NCBI RefSeq assembly: GCF_009914755.1
Contig: NC_060935.1
Strand: one strand, 5' to 3'
Length of the DNA stretch: 64,000 bases
Source of the DNA: the human T2T-CHM13v2.0 reference genome, Homo sapiens
Both the position numbers and the translations under genes were made by a program. Positions within the stretch are counted from its first letter, which is position 1; each line of letters opens with the position of its first letter. The notes under the pieces were generated by a model that was given only the letters and a program-made list of their open reading frames with translations, was not told where the DNA came from and did not search any database. This document shows positions 29,415 through 41,689 of the stretch, piece by piece.

Positions 29415-31636
29415 CTCCATGTCTTTTAATTGGAGAATTTAATCCAATTATATTTAGGGTAATTATTAGTAGGTAAGGACTTACTACTGCCATTTTGTTT
29501 ATTCTTTTCTAGTTGTTTTACAGATTCTTTCTTCTTTACTTTGCTCTTACTATCTACCTTTGAGATTAAATGATTTTCTCTAGTAGTATGCTTTAATTTG
29601 TTTCTTTTCAAGTGCATCTTTTATAGCCTTTTTTTGGTGGGTTACCATAAGGTTTTCAAAAAGTAAGTTACAGTTATAGCAGGTTATTTTAACTGACAAG
29701 AACTTAACTTTGATTACAAAAAATAAGAAAAAAATGATTGGGAAAAAAGTCTACTCTATCTTTTCTTCCTGTCTACATTTTGCATTTTTAATGTCACAAT
29801 TTATATCTTTTTATATTGTATATTTCCTAACAAATTATTGTAATTATTTTAATGGTTTTGTATTTTAAACTGAAAAGTCTTCATTTCTCCATTTCTGAAG
29901 AACAGATTTGCTGGATATAGTAATATTCTTTATTGGTAGTTTTGTGCTTTTTTATTTTCTAGACTGAATATGTTTTCCTACTCTCTCCTTATCCGTAGAA
30001 TTTCTGCTGAGAATTCTGATGTTAGATGTATTGGTACCATCTTATATGTTATTTGTTTGTTTTCTCTTGCTGTTTTCAGGATTGACTTTTCATCTTTCAT
30101 CTTTAACAGTTTAATTATAATACATCAAGGGGAAGTTTTATTTGATTGGAATCTAATTAGAGACATAGGCTTCCTGTATCTGGATATTTATATCTTCCTC
30201 TAGGTTTGGGAATTTTTTCCTTTATTATTTCTTGAAATAAATTTTCTATCCTTTTTCCTTTTTCAACACACTCTTGAACATCAATTACTTATTCATTTGC
30301 ACTTTTGACTTTGTCTCATAAATCTCGTAAGTTTTTTTCATTACTTTGTATTCATTTTTCTTTTTTCTCCTTTGAGTGTATATTTTCAATTAACCTACCT
30401 TCAAGTTCACAGATTGTTTCCTCTACTTGATCAATTCTGTTGTTTATGCTCTCTTTTGAAATTTATTTTACTGTATTTTTCAGTTCCAGGATTTCTGTTT
30501 AATTTTTTTTTAAAAATATGTCAATCTTTCTGTTAAATTTATCTGATAAATATCTCAAATATTTCCTTGTATTTTGAATGAAATTTGCTGGGCCTCCTTA
30601 AAGCTGCTATTTTGAATTATTCATCAAGATGCTCTCTCACTGCCCATTCAGGGTCAGTCACTGACAACTTCTTTTGTCTACTTAGTGACATCATGTTTTT
30701 AAAATTAATCTGGATCATTGTGGCAGTGTGTCAATGTCTGCACATTGACATAGGCACCTAATCCAGTCTTCCTACTCTGGCTTTGTTGGGATCTTTCTTC
30801 AGCAGTAAACCTGTTCAGACATTTCATGCAAGTTGGTTGATTAGGCATTCAAGCCTGCAAATTGCTTCAGCCATTGCAGCAGTAGGGGATGTCCTAAGCT
30901 GAGGACTACTGCGCTGGAATCCTTTGGCCACTGAGGCTGACAAAGCACTGGGTTAGACACAACGTTTATGACTACAGAGAACAACGTAGCACTGTGGCAC
31001 ACCTAAGGCCTGCAGCTGCTGCAGCCTGTTCTCTACCATGGCTTATGCAAGGCTTTAGGTTGCTGTAGTTAACCAGCAGTGATGTGTGATAGATCTCCAG
31101 TCCATCTAGCCAGGGCCATGGATTCCTGTTTGGTATTAGGCCAGGTCAAGATCCCCCAAATGTGGATACCTTCTGGTGTCAGGGGCCGTGGAATCTGCTC
31201 ATTGCTGGGTTTCAGTGGGGTGGGTACAGTACTTAGTTGCAAGGCAAAGTCCTATACTTACTTTATTTTGCTTCCTTTAAGCAAATGGTATCTTCCTTTG
31301 TGCTATGCTGCCTATGGTTGTGGAAGAAGTGATATGGTTAATGTAAAACTCTTCTTTAGACCCTCTTTAATGAATCATTTCTTATTATGCTAACTCCAGG
31401 AAATGGGATCTCTCACTGGGTTTTTTGGAGCTCTTGTGAAGGTATTTTATGAATGGTTATTCAAATTGATGTTATTTGTTTGTTTTATCTTGTTGTTTTC
31501 AGGACTGACTTTTTGTTTTGATCTTTAACAGTTTATTTATAATATATCAAGAGGTAGTTTTATTTGGTTTGAACCTAGGCCTTCTTTGGGGGAGCAATCT
31601 TTGGAGTGTTCTCCTCTAACATATTGCCCCTCCTCT
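29415..31636 (-). mobile_element. L1M 5' portion: ORF2 start, ORF1 and 5' UTR to the element start
   Basis: 'gtaggtaaggacttactactgccattttg' (ORF2 start, NGSSKSLP). ORF1 'tttctgctgagaattctg'. 5' end 'ctcttgtgaaggt...atattgcccctcctc'. Confidence 0.75.
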
Positions 31637-33064
31637 TTATCTTCTTCTTTTTTTTTAAGTATGTACTTTTGCTGGCAAATAGGCAATTTAACCCAAAGCA
31701 TGGCTTAACTCTGAAGACCTCTGAGCATAATCTAGAAATGAAGGAATTAAGGGACTAGAGGCACACACTGGGTAAGAAGATATGGAGACTAATGCCAAAC
31801 TGCAAAGATGCATGACAACAACCTTACTTTATTCAGATAAAATTATGAAATGTTTAGCCTAAGTTGCTATACATATTATTTTCCATCAGGTTGTTAAGGA
31901 GCATTAGGCGAAAGTTACCTATGTCAAATTTAGCTTGGTTAAAACAGCCTTAGCCATTCAATTCAAATGCTCAGAGTTGGAGCCAAAATAAAATTAGACA
32001 ATTTCTTCTTGACCTAAGTTTTAATTATATAAAACTATTAAAAAAAGAAGAATTTAAGCCTAGTTCAAGTAGAAAATAACAAAATACTTAATAGGAGCAG
32101 ACATCAATAAAATTGAATTCAAAAAAAATCATAAAGAACATTAACAAAACCTAAAACGGTTATTGAAAAAGATGAATAAAATTGGTATATCTATACAGAA
32201 ATTAATCAATTTGACAAAAAGAAGAGAGAAGAAACAAATTGTCTACATCAAAGCAAAGAAGGGACATCACTATTGATCCTGTGGACTTTAAAAGGTTAAG
32301 AAAGGAATGATTTCCACAAATATATGCCCATATATTTGTAATGTAGATGAAATAAAAATTCTTGAAGGACACAAACTATAAAAACTCACACAAGGAAACA
32401 TCAATAACCAGGAAGATCTATATGTATTATAGCAATTGAATGAATAATTATAACTCTCCAATAAATAAAACAACAACTTCAAATTTCAGTGGTAAATTCT
32501 ACAAAATATTTAAATAAGAAATGATACCTATTCTCCAAATGAACTCCCAAAACACACAAGCAGAAATAGCACTTTCTACTTATTCTTATAAGGCCAGCAT
32601 TATCCTATCCAAAACTAGATAAAGGTATTACAAAAGAGGAAATCTATAGAGCAATGGCTCTAATAAATATATATGCAAAAATGTTCAACCAATATTAACA
32701 TATCAATCATAATATATCATATCAAAAAATCTATAGAAAATTTGTATACCACAAACAAGTTGGATTTATTTCATTTATGTAAGGTAGGTTTCATATTCAA
32801 AAATTAATTGATGTAGCCTACCATTTCAAAGGGATAAAGAAAAAAAATTATATGATTATATAAATTCATGCAGAAAAAGCACTTTAAAATATCATCCATA
32901 GTTGATTAAAACCCTCGGCAAATTAGGGATAGAAACAAGCTTTTTCTACTTGATAAAGAACCTCTTAAGAAAAAAAAAGCAAGAAGCCAACAGCTAACAT
33001 AATAATTAATTTTGAGACATTGTATGCTTTTCTCCTATTCAATATCATACTTGAAGTCCTAGAT

Positions 33065-33749
33065 CAGCAGTCCTTAACCTTTTGGAACCAAGGACTGATC
33101 TTGTGGAAGACAGTTTTTCCACAGACAGTGCTGGGGGAAATGCTTTGGGGATGAAACTGTTCCACCTCAGATCATCAGGTGTTAGATTCTCATAAGGAGT
33201 GCAAAACCTCATGATATGGTTTAGCACTGTGTCGCCACCCAAATCTCAATTCAAATTGTAATCACCACATGTTAAGGGAGAGACCTGGTAGGAGGTGATT
33301 GGATCATGGGGGTAGATTTCCTCATGCTATTCTCCTAATAGTGAGGGAGTTCTCACAAGATCTCATGGTTTAAAAGTAGCAGTTTCCCCTGCATCCTCTC
33401 TCTCTCCTGCTGCCTTGTAAGACGTGCCTTGCTTCTGCTTTGCCTTTTGCCATGATTGTAAATTTCCTGAGGCCTCCCCAGCAATGCAGAACTGTGAATT
33501 ACTTAAACCTTTTTTGTTTATAAACTACCCAGTCTCAGGTAGTATCTTTATAACAGTGTGAGAGCGGACTAAAACAGCTCACATGTGCAGTTCACAATAG
33601 GGTTTGTGCTTCTATGAGAATCTAATGCCACCACTAATCTGACAGGAGGCAGAGATCAAGCAGTAATGCTCGCTCACCCACAACTCACCTCCTGCTGTGT
33701 GGTCATGTTCCTAACAGGCCACAGATCATTACCATCTTGGGAACCCCTG
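33065..33749. mobile_element. MER1B (hAT-Charlie non-autonomous DNA transposon), split by THE1
   Basis: Ends 'cagcagtcc' and 'gggaacccctg'. Internal 'gatgaaactgttccacctcagatcatcagg' and 'tatgagaatctaatgcc'. 8-bp TSD tcctagat/tccttgat. Confidence 0.88.
33212..33576 (+). mobile_element. THE1D-like solo LTR inside MER1B
   Basis: 'tgatatggttt...ccacccaaatctc...ggactaaaaca'. TSD cctca/gctca. Confidence 0.9.
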
Positions 33750-34449
33750 TCCTTGATTATGCAAGAAGACTAAAAAAGCAAATATATGCATATTGGGATG
33801 GAAGAAATAAAACAATCTCTGTTCACAGATGACATGACGTCTATGAAGGGAATGCAAAATGTTACAGCCATTTTAGAAGAAAGTTTTGCAGTTTCTTACA
33901 AAGCTAAACACAGTCCTACCATACAATCCAGCAGTCATACTATAGGCATTACCCAATTTATTTGAAAACTTATGTTCATGCAAAAACCTACACATGAATA
34001 TATACCAGCTTTATTCATAGTTGCACCAAACTGGAAGCAACTATATGTCCTTCAATAGGTTAATAAATCAATAAATACCCTTTTAAAACCCTGGTAGCTC
34101 TATAGAATGGCAAGTCCTGAATGTAGAATTATTTTCTCATAAATCATTGTCTCCTCAGTTTACTTTTTCATTGAGAGATCTATAAAAGAACAATATATAA
34201 CCCACCAGAGTATGTTGAAATTTAATATGACATACAAAGGTCTCTGTTTTGTATATATGCATGCCTATATAGATTATCTTTCTAGAAAGGATATATCTCT
34301 GGTTTCTCATACCTGGAGATCCCCCCTGACACACACACACGTATACATTTATGACAAAGGCTCACTGAACAGAACAAAAACATAAATCTCAGCAAGCATT
34401 GGAGCCATGGTATTTCTTGTTTTCACTTAGTGTTTCTCTCTTTTTATTT

Positions 34450-34747
34450 ATTTAATTTAATTTAATTTAATTTATCTCTTTGAGATGGAGTCTTGCTCTG
34501 TCACCCAGGCTGGAGTGCAGTGGCACTACCTTGGCTCACTGCAAGCTCCGCCTCCCAGGTTCACACCACTCTCCTGCCTCAGCCTCCTGAGTAGCTGGGA
34601 CTACAGATGCCCACCACCACACCCAGCTATTTTTTTTTTTTTGTATTTTTAGTGGAGACGGGGTTTCACCGTGTGTTAGCCAAGATGGTCTCAATCTGAC
34701 CTTGTGATCCACCCACCTTGGCCTCCCAAAGTGCTGGGATTACAGGC
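34450..34747 (-). mobile_element. AluY, about 20 nt 5'-truncated, with (TTTAA)n tail
   Basis: 'ctgcaagctccgcctcccaggttcacacc' and 'tgttagcca'. TSD ctctctttttattt at 34436 and 34748. Confidence 0.92.
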
Positions 34748-35240
34748 CTCTCTTTTTATTTTTGAAACTAATATAACAAGATAGCTTTCAACAGAGAGAA
34801 TTCAGAAGCCCAATACCATCTCAACAGGATTCTGAAAAATAGCTCAAAAACCTTGAATACTTATGTTAAATTCATTTTACATCTAAATCATAAGAAGACT
34901 GAAACAGATCACATCTAAGTACCAGTCTTTTATATGTCACTGGTTCCAATAAATATTTAGTGTAGACAGCCCAAAAAGAAAAGAAACGGCTTTTCCAAAA
35001 TAACAATATTATCTATTATTGTTTCTTAAATTGCATGACCCATTAGTTTAGAAATGACTCCAATTTGAAGGCATTACTGAGTATGTAACAGTTTGGAGTA
35101 TTGTATTGTGAGGTAAGTTATCAGTGTTCCACAGAGATTCCAGGGTAACATGGAAAGCAAAGTCCTCTTCATATTTATTTAGATTATGGGACATCCCCTT
35201 TTCTTCAGGCATAGAAGAGCAGAAACATTTGCTGTCCAAT

Positions 35241-37603
35241 TGCATTAGTTCATTCTCACACACTAAAAAGAACTGTGACTGGCTAATTTTGAAGAAAAGA
35301 GGTTTAATTGACTCACAGTTCCATAGGCTGTACAGGAAGCATGGCTGGACAGACCTCAGGAAATTTAGGATTAAGGTAGAAGGCGAAGTGGAAGCAAGTA
35401 CCTCTTATCATGGTGAAGTAGGAGACAGAGAAAAAGGGAAAGTGTGACACACTTGTAAAGGATCAGATATCATGAGAACTCACTCACTATAATGAGAACA
35501 GCAAGGGGAAAATCTTCTCCCATGATCCAATCACCTCCCACCATGCCCTTCCTCCAACACTGATGATCATAGTTCAACATGAGATTTGGCTGGGGCCACA
35601 GAGCCAAACAATATCACTCTGCCACTGACCCCTTCCAAATCTCACATCCTTTGCAAATTTCAAAACACAATCATGTCTTTCCAACAATCCCCCAAACTCT
35701 TATCTCATTCCAGCATTAGCTCAAAAGTCCAAATCTACAGTCTCATCTGAGACAAGGCTAGTTGCTTCCGCCTATGAGCCTGTAAAATCAAAAAACAAGT
35801 TAGTTACTTCCAAGATACAATGGGGGTACAGGCATTGGGTAAATGCTCCTATTCCAAAACGGAGCAAATGGCCAAAACAAAGGGGATATAGGCCTCATGT
35901 AAGTCTGAAATCCAGCAGGGAAGTCATTAAATCTTAAAGCTCCAAAATGATTTCTTTTGACTCCATGTTTTACATCCAGGGCACACTGATGCAAGGGGTG
36001 GGCACCTAAGACCTTAGGCAGATCTGCCTCTATGGCTTTGCAGGTTACAGCCCCCATGGCTGCACTCATGGGCTGGCATTGAGTGCTGGGGACTTTTCCA
36101 GGGACATGGTACAAACCGCTGGTGGATTTACTATTCTGGGATCTGGAGGATGGTGGCCCTGATCTCAATGCTCCACTAGACCGTGCCCCAGTGGGGACTC
36201 TGTGGGGCTCCAACCCCACATTTCTACTCTGCACTGCCCTAGTAGATGTTCTCAATGTGGGCTCCACTCCTGCAGCAGAGTTTTGCTTAGACATCCAGGG
36301 ATTTCCTGCATCCTCTGAATTGTAGGTGGAGGCTCCCAGACCTCAACGTTTGCCTTCTATGTACCTTCAGGCCAAACACCATGTGGAAGCCACCAAGGCT
36401 TGGGGCTTGTACCCTCTGAAGCAATGGCCAGAGCTGGGCCTTGGCCACTTACACATGGCTTAAGCTGGAGTGGCTGGGATGCAGGGTACCATGTCCCAAG
36501 GCTGCACAGAGCAGCAGGGCCCTGGGCCTAGCCCAGAGAACGATTTTTCTCTCCTAGCTCTCCAGGCCTGTCATGGGAGGGGCTGCCACAGCGAAGGTCT
36601 CAGAAATGCCCTGGAGGCAGTTTTTTCTATTATCATGGCTATTAATATTTGGCTCTTTTTTACTGGAGTGTTGAATTCCTCCCCAGAATTTTTTTTTTCT
36701 TTTCTACCTCATGGTCAGACTGCAAATTTACCAGACTTTAATGTTTTGCTTCACTTTACACATAAATTCTGGTTTCAGGTCATTTATTTCTTTATGCAAG
36801 TGAACATAAGGCTTTTAGAAGCAGCCAGGCAACCTCTCAAATGCTTTGCTGCTTAGAAATTTTTTCTGCCAGATACTCTAAATCATCTATCTCAAGTTCA
36901 AATTCCACAGATCTCTACAGCTGGGGCATATGCTTCCAGTCTCTTTGCTAAAGCATAACAAGAGTGACCTTTACTCCTGATCCCAATAAGTTTCTCATCT
37001 CCATCTGAGGCCACCTCAGCCTGGACTTCACTGTCAATATGATTATCAGCATTTTCATCAGAACCATTCAACAAGTCTCTAAGCAGTTCCAAACTTTCCC
37101 ACATCTTCCTGTCGTCTTCTGATCCCTCCAAACTGTTTTAACCTCTGCCCATTATCAAGTTTAAAAGTAGTTTTAAGGTATTCTTGCAGCAATGCCCCCA
37201 CTTCTGTGGTGCCAATTTTATCTATTAGTCTGTTCTCATACTGCTATAAAGAACTACCTGAGACTGGGTAATTTATGAAGAAACATGGCTTAGTTGATTC
37301 ACAGTTCCACAAGCTGCACAGGAAGCATGGCTGGGAGGCCTCAGGAAACTTACAATCATGGTGGAAGGTGAAGGGGGAACAAGCATGTCTTAGCATGATG
37401 TAGTAGGAGAGAGAGAGCAAAGAGGAAAGTGCCACAAACTTTTCAACCATCAGATCTTCTGAGAATTTATTCACTATCATGAGAACAGCAAGGGGAAAAT
37501 CCACTCCCATGATTCAATCACCTCTCACAGCGTCCCTCCTCCAACACTGAAGATCATAGTTCAACATGAGATTTGGATGGGGACACAGAGCCAATCCATA
37601 TCA
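35241..37603 (-). mobile_element. Full-length MSTA-like MaLR: LTR 35241-35616, internal 35617-37220, LTR 37221-37603
   Basis: Two co-oriented LTRs of about 380 bp ('aggaagcatggctgg', shared 'ctccaacactga.gatcatagttcaacatgag') flank a 1.6-kb MaLR internal sequence. Partial TSD ccaat/ccatg. Confidence 0.92.
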
Positions 37604-37645
37604 CCATGTTTTTCTGACATGTAATATTCTTTGTGACATGCTTAG

Positions 37646-38016
37646 TGTATTAGTCCATTCTAGTGCTGCTATAAAGAACTGTCTAAGCCTAGGTAATTTA
37701 TAAAGAAAAGAGGTTTAATTGACTCACAATTCCACATAGCTGGGGAGGCCTCAGGAAACTTACAATCATGGTGTAAGGGGAAGCAAACACATCCTTCTTC
37801 ACATGGCATCAGGAGAGAGAAGGAGTGCCACCAGGGGAAATGCCAGATACTTATAAAACCATCAGAATTCATGAGAACTAATTTACTATCAGAGAACCGC
37901 ATGGGGGAAAATGCCCCCATGATTCAATTACCTCCACCTGGTCCTTCCCTTGACACATGGAAATTCTTACAATTCAAGGTGAGATTTGGGTGGGAAAACA
38001 GAGCCAAAAAATATCA
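37646..38016 (-). mobile_element. THE1D-like solo LTR
   Basis: 'tgtattagtccattct...gggaaatgccagatacttataaaaccatcag...atatca'. TSD cttag/tttag. Confidence 0.9.
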
Positions 38017-39594
38017 TTTAGCAAGAAAAACTTGAGGTCCTGACTATCTTAAGCTTTCCGAAGCTCAAATCAACAACTTACAATTGATGGTCTCAGATTG
38101 CCTAAAATTATACTATCAGAAGGAAATGTAGACCAGTATTAATTTCATAAAAGATCAAGCATGAGAGATATGAGTAATAAATACAAGGAACTAAGATAAG
38201 AATTTAATTTAATTAGAAGGAAACATGTAAATTCTATAGGCAGGTACATGTAATGAGACACAACATACTCCTCAGGTAATACTTAGGTCACTAGTTGTAA
38301 ATGTTAAAAGTGTGTTAAAATATTTTATTGTTTGCACTTAGTTTAGTGTTTGATTATCTCTTATCATTATGTATCAATATACCTTACTGCTTGGAACAAA
38401 CAGAATCATAGAATATACATGGTTTTAGGATATAGATTGTGAAACTTGCTGAAAGTAATGTAGAAGACCCACAAATGGAATTAACGTGACCTTATATACA
38501 TTGAAGCCCAACAATCAAAACCTTTTCTCTTTACAATATCTCTGGATATCCACTCTTTCCCAAAATATTTCTCAAGGGTGGGTATTCTTTAAAACTCCTT
38601 GAAATTATTTGAGTCTTTCCCCCTAAATTCTCTTAAGGCAGAGAGAAAACCAAGGTCTAATTTATAACTCTGAAGACCAGGACCTAATTTATATCTCTGA
38701 AGTTAAGTGGAAATTTTAAGATACAGCAGTCTCAGGTCACTGGTGACTGAATGAAAGTTCCTCCCTTATATTTTAGAAACAAACATTATATTACAGTCAT
38801 ATTTAGCCCAGCTGGGGAAGCCTAATGTAGCTTGAAATAAGTTTTGTTATGATGAAGTAGTGATTTTGAGTTGAAATGCCTGATCTTGTGGGCCATGGCT
38901 GTTTATAGAGCCTAGCACCATCATGGGAAAAGAAATTTGAAATAAAGGCATGCGTTGTAAGGGATTATAAATACTGCTTCAGCTGCACCCACAAGGTTTT
39001 GGTTTAATTTGTTTCGGGCTCTGTTCTTGTCCAGCACTTTCTCTTTCTCCTGTACTACTAACTTGAGCCTCCTTGGTTTCCATAGTGATGCCCCCAGGGA
39101 CACTCTCTTTGACTTTTCTATTTGGCTTACTATTGTTGATTTCTGGTCTTACGGTGCATCATAAACCCATTTTCTGCTGCATATCACTGAAAGGTGTTAG
39201 AGAATCAATTGGAAGAATCAGTTTGTCAGTCTTCTCTATTTCCCAAACCGGATAAGGCTTGAGCTTCTAAAATATACCAATTCTTCTAAAAGCATCAGGA
39301 TAAATCCTTAAGAGCAGGCTGTTTCACATATTTTCCAATAAATGCTAAAATAAAAAGACATTTATTTATCCAGACATTGTTCAAATACCTCAAAAGCAAA
39401 ACCAATCAATCCGTAGTGATTAGCTAAACTTTTTGATTAGTGATTACTGAGGAGCTCATTATATAATTTAAAATACTAATTTTCTTTCATTAAATAATAT
39501 AATTAATACATTTTAGAGAAAAAAAGACATCACAAAAACCATCGTGTTAGGCACTGTGGGGAATGGCATGGGGTGGAATGAAAGTTTAACAGTC

Positions 39595-39830
39595 ACGGCT
39601 CTAGTCCCCTGATTTAGTCAGAAGTGATGTGATCTAGGGCAAATTACTTAATCCCTTTGAGTAAATACATTCGCAAAACCATTTAAATGAGTGTTCTAAG
39701 TACATTGCAAGCATTAAACAGATATCATTTTCCCTATTTTTAAATAAGGAAGCTGAGTCACAGAGTCTAAGTGACATATCCAGGATCAGACAATTGATGG
39801 AAAGCTTAATTCTAATAATGAAATGAGCTT
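39595..39830. mobile_element. MIR fragments in both orientations
   Basis: 'tgtgatctagggcaaattacttaatccctttgag' and 'ataaggaagctgagtcacagag...aagtgacatatccaggatca'. Confidence 0.55.
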
Positions 39831-39965
39831 TTAAACAAGTTCAACCTCACAGTCACCCTCTTAACCATTACAGTCATATGTTATTTGAATGGAATAACCA
39901 AGGCGTATAGAAAAGGAGACTGAGTTTAAATAAGTAACTCTGAGGGACACATAGTAGTTGGTGAT

Positions 39966-40285
39966 TTTTTTTTTTTTTTTTTTCTTGACAGAGTCTCGCT
40001 CTGTCCCCCAGGCTGGAGTGCAGGGACGCAATCTCGGCTCACTGCAAGCTCCGCCTCTCGGGTTCACACAATTCTCCTGCTTCAGCCTCCAGAGTAGCTA
40101 GGACTAAAGGCACCCGCCACCAGGCCCGGCTAATTTTTTGTATTTTTGGTAGAGACAGGGTTTCACCGTGTTAGCTGGGGTTTCACCGTGTTAGCCAGGA
40201 TGGTCTAGATCTCCTGACCTCGTGATCCACCCGCCCAGGCCTCCCAAAGTGCTAGGATTACAGGCATGAGCCACAGCGCCCGGCC
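39966..40285 (-). mobile_element. Full-length AluY with internal 20-bp tandem duplication
   Basis: AluY diagnostics 'ctgcaagctccgcc' and 'accgtgttagccaggatgg'. TSD agtagttggtgat at 39953 and 40286. Confidence 0.95.
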
Positions 40286-40699
40286 AGTAGTTGGTGATAT
40301 TTTTCAGATCTACACTTTGTATTCATTTCTCAAATACACAGTACTATAAGAATATTTACATTTTAATATTCAATTATACTTTGTTCTTTAAGAAAGTGAA
40401 AAGAAAAACTTCACAATTAAATTCTTACAAAAAATTGATGCAAATTTTGTAAATGTACACAAGATTTTTTTCTAACAACTTGAAAGTATTTAAAGAGGAA
40501 ATTTAATCTTATTCTCAGGGATTATTTTCAAGAATGTATGATTGTTCATTTAGGGTAAAGACTTTTTTAAAAATAAATTTTACTTGAAAGAGTTGGCGTG
40601 AATTACTAAGTGGTAATTTACATATTTATGGAATGTGTCACATAGTTCTTGCTCACTCCCTGCCAATTTCACAGCTTGTCTTTTACTTTGTTTATTTTT

Positions 40700-40975
40700 G
40701 TTGTAGCTAGTTTCACCCAGCTGTGACCTAGCATCTTGATTTGGCTGAACCTCCTTTATCTGCCCCAGGTTATTTCTGATGCTTCACTTTGGGTAGGCTA
40801 GACATCTGCTGGAAACTGCCAACATTCACAAAGTCATGATGTTTGGAAAGGAGGTACTGGACCAGTGGGGAAACACTGCTCAGCGTTGCTGGAAATTACT
40901 TTACCAAATAAGTTACATGCATGCAATCTCTTGACTGCATCTCTGGTTTCTATAGAAACCCAAGCAAACCTGAGG
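40700..40975 (+). mobile_element. Old ERVL LTR 3' end (LTR16/LTR33-like)
   Basis: 'ttaccaaataagttacatgcatgcaatctcttg...ctggtttctatagaaacccaagc'. Confidence 0.4.
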
Positions 40976-41689
40976 TTAGAAGGTTCCAATATTATATTTT
41001 TGTATTCATTCTTATTTCTTCCTATGTCAAGAAGGTACATAGTCTATATTTTCAAAATGTATACAGACATTTTTATCCTTGAATGGGTTAATTATGAAGT
41101 TCGTTTCAAGTAATCATCTGAAAGGTACTATTAATCAAAATCTTCATAATTTTTTGATGCTATGCTTTGGACAAATTTTTTTATTCATATAGAAATATTC
41201 TCCAAAATATAATTGTAAATTTTAAAATGAATGTATCTGTGTACATATTATATATAGTATATAACACATTATATATATATATAGTATATACTGTAATACA
41301 TTATATACATGGTAAATAATGTTTTAGTGTTTGTCAAACCTGAACTTTTTGGATTATATTAAATCTGAAATTAAAAGACACCATGAAATAAACAGTAGTC
41401 AATAGATTTCAAAAATACTTCTACCTTATTCAATGCAGGGTCTAGCAGTATCCGGTCTATGGTATTTTGTTATGGTAGCCCAAACAGACTCAGACAGGCA
41501 TACAGTTTGATCTTTTTGCACTTTGTTTTTTTCATATTTAACATGTTGGTAATATCCCTAACTCACAGTGTGTGAGCATTCATGAGAAATTCAACATTGG
41601 GAACACATACAGTATTTAACACAGGGATAATAGTATATAAATACATATCTATATCTATGTATACACAAAGACATAGTCCATTTACACAT

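Larger units (their letters stand above)
32040..34110 (+). mobile_element. Old L1M (MC/MD-like) ORF2 and 3' fragments, host to MER1B
   Basis: 'ataaggccagcattatcct', 'tcatgcagaaaaagca', 'ctattcaatatcatacttgaagtcctag', 'gttcacagatgacatga' and 'gcagtttcttacaaagctaaac'. Confidence 0.78.

Noticed and set aside
35800-36856. 164-aa and 128-aa ORFs as host genes
   Set aside because: They lie inside the MaLR internal sequence as a degenerate relic or antisense frame.
38650-38703. 27-bp tandem duplicate (similar short ones at 5207-5248 and 15189-15222)
   Set aside because: Ordinary slippage duplications with no evidence of function on their own.
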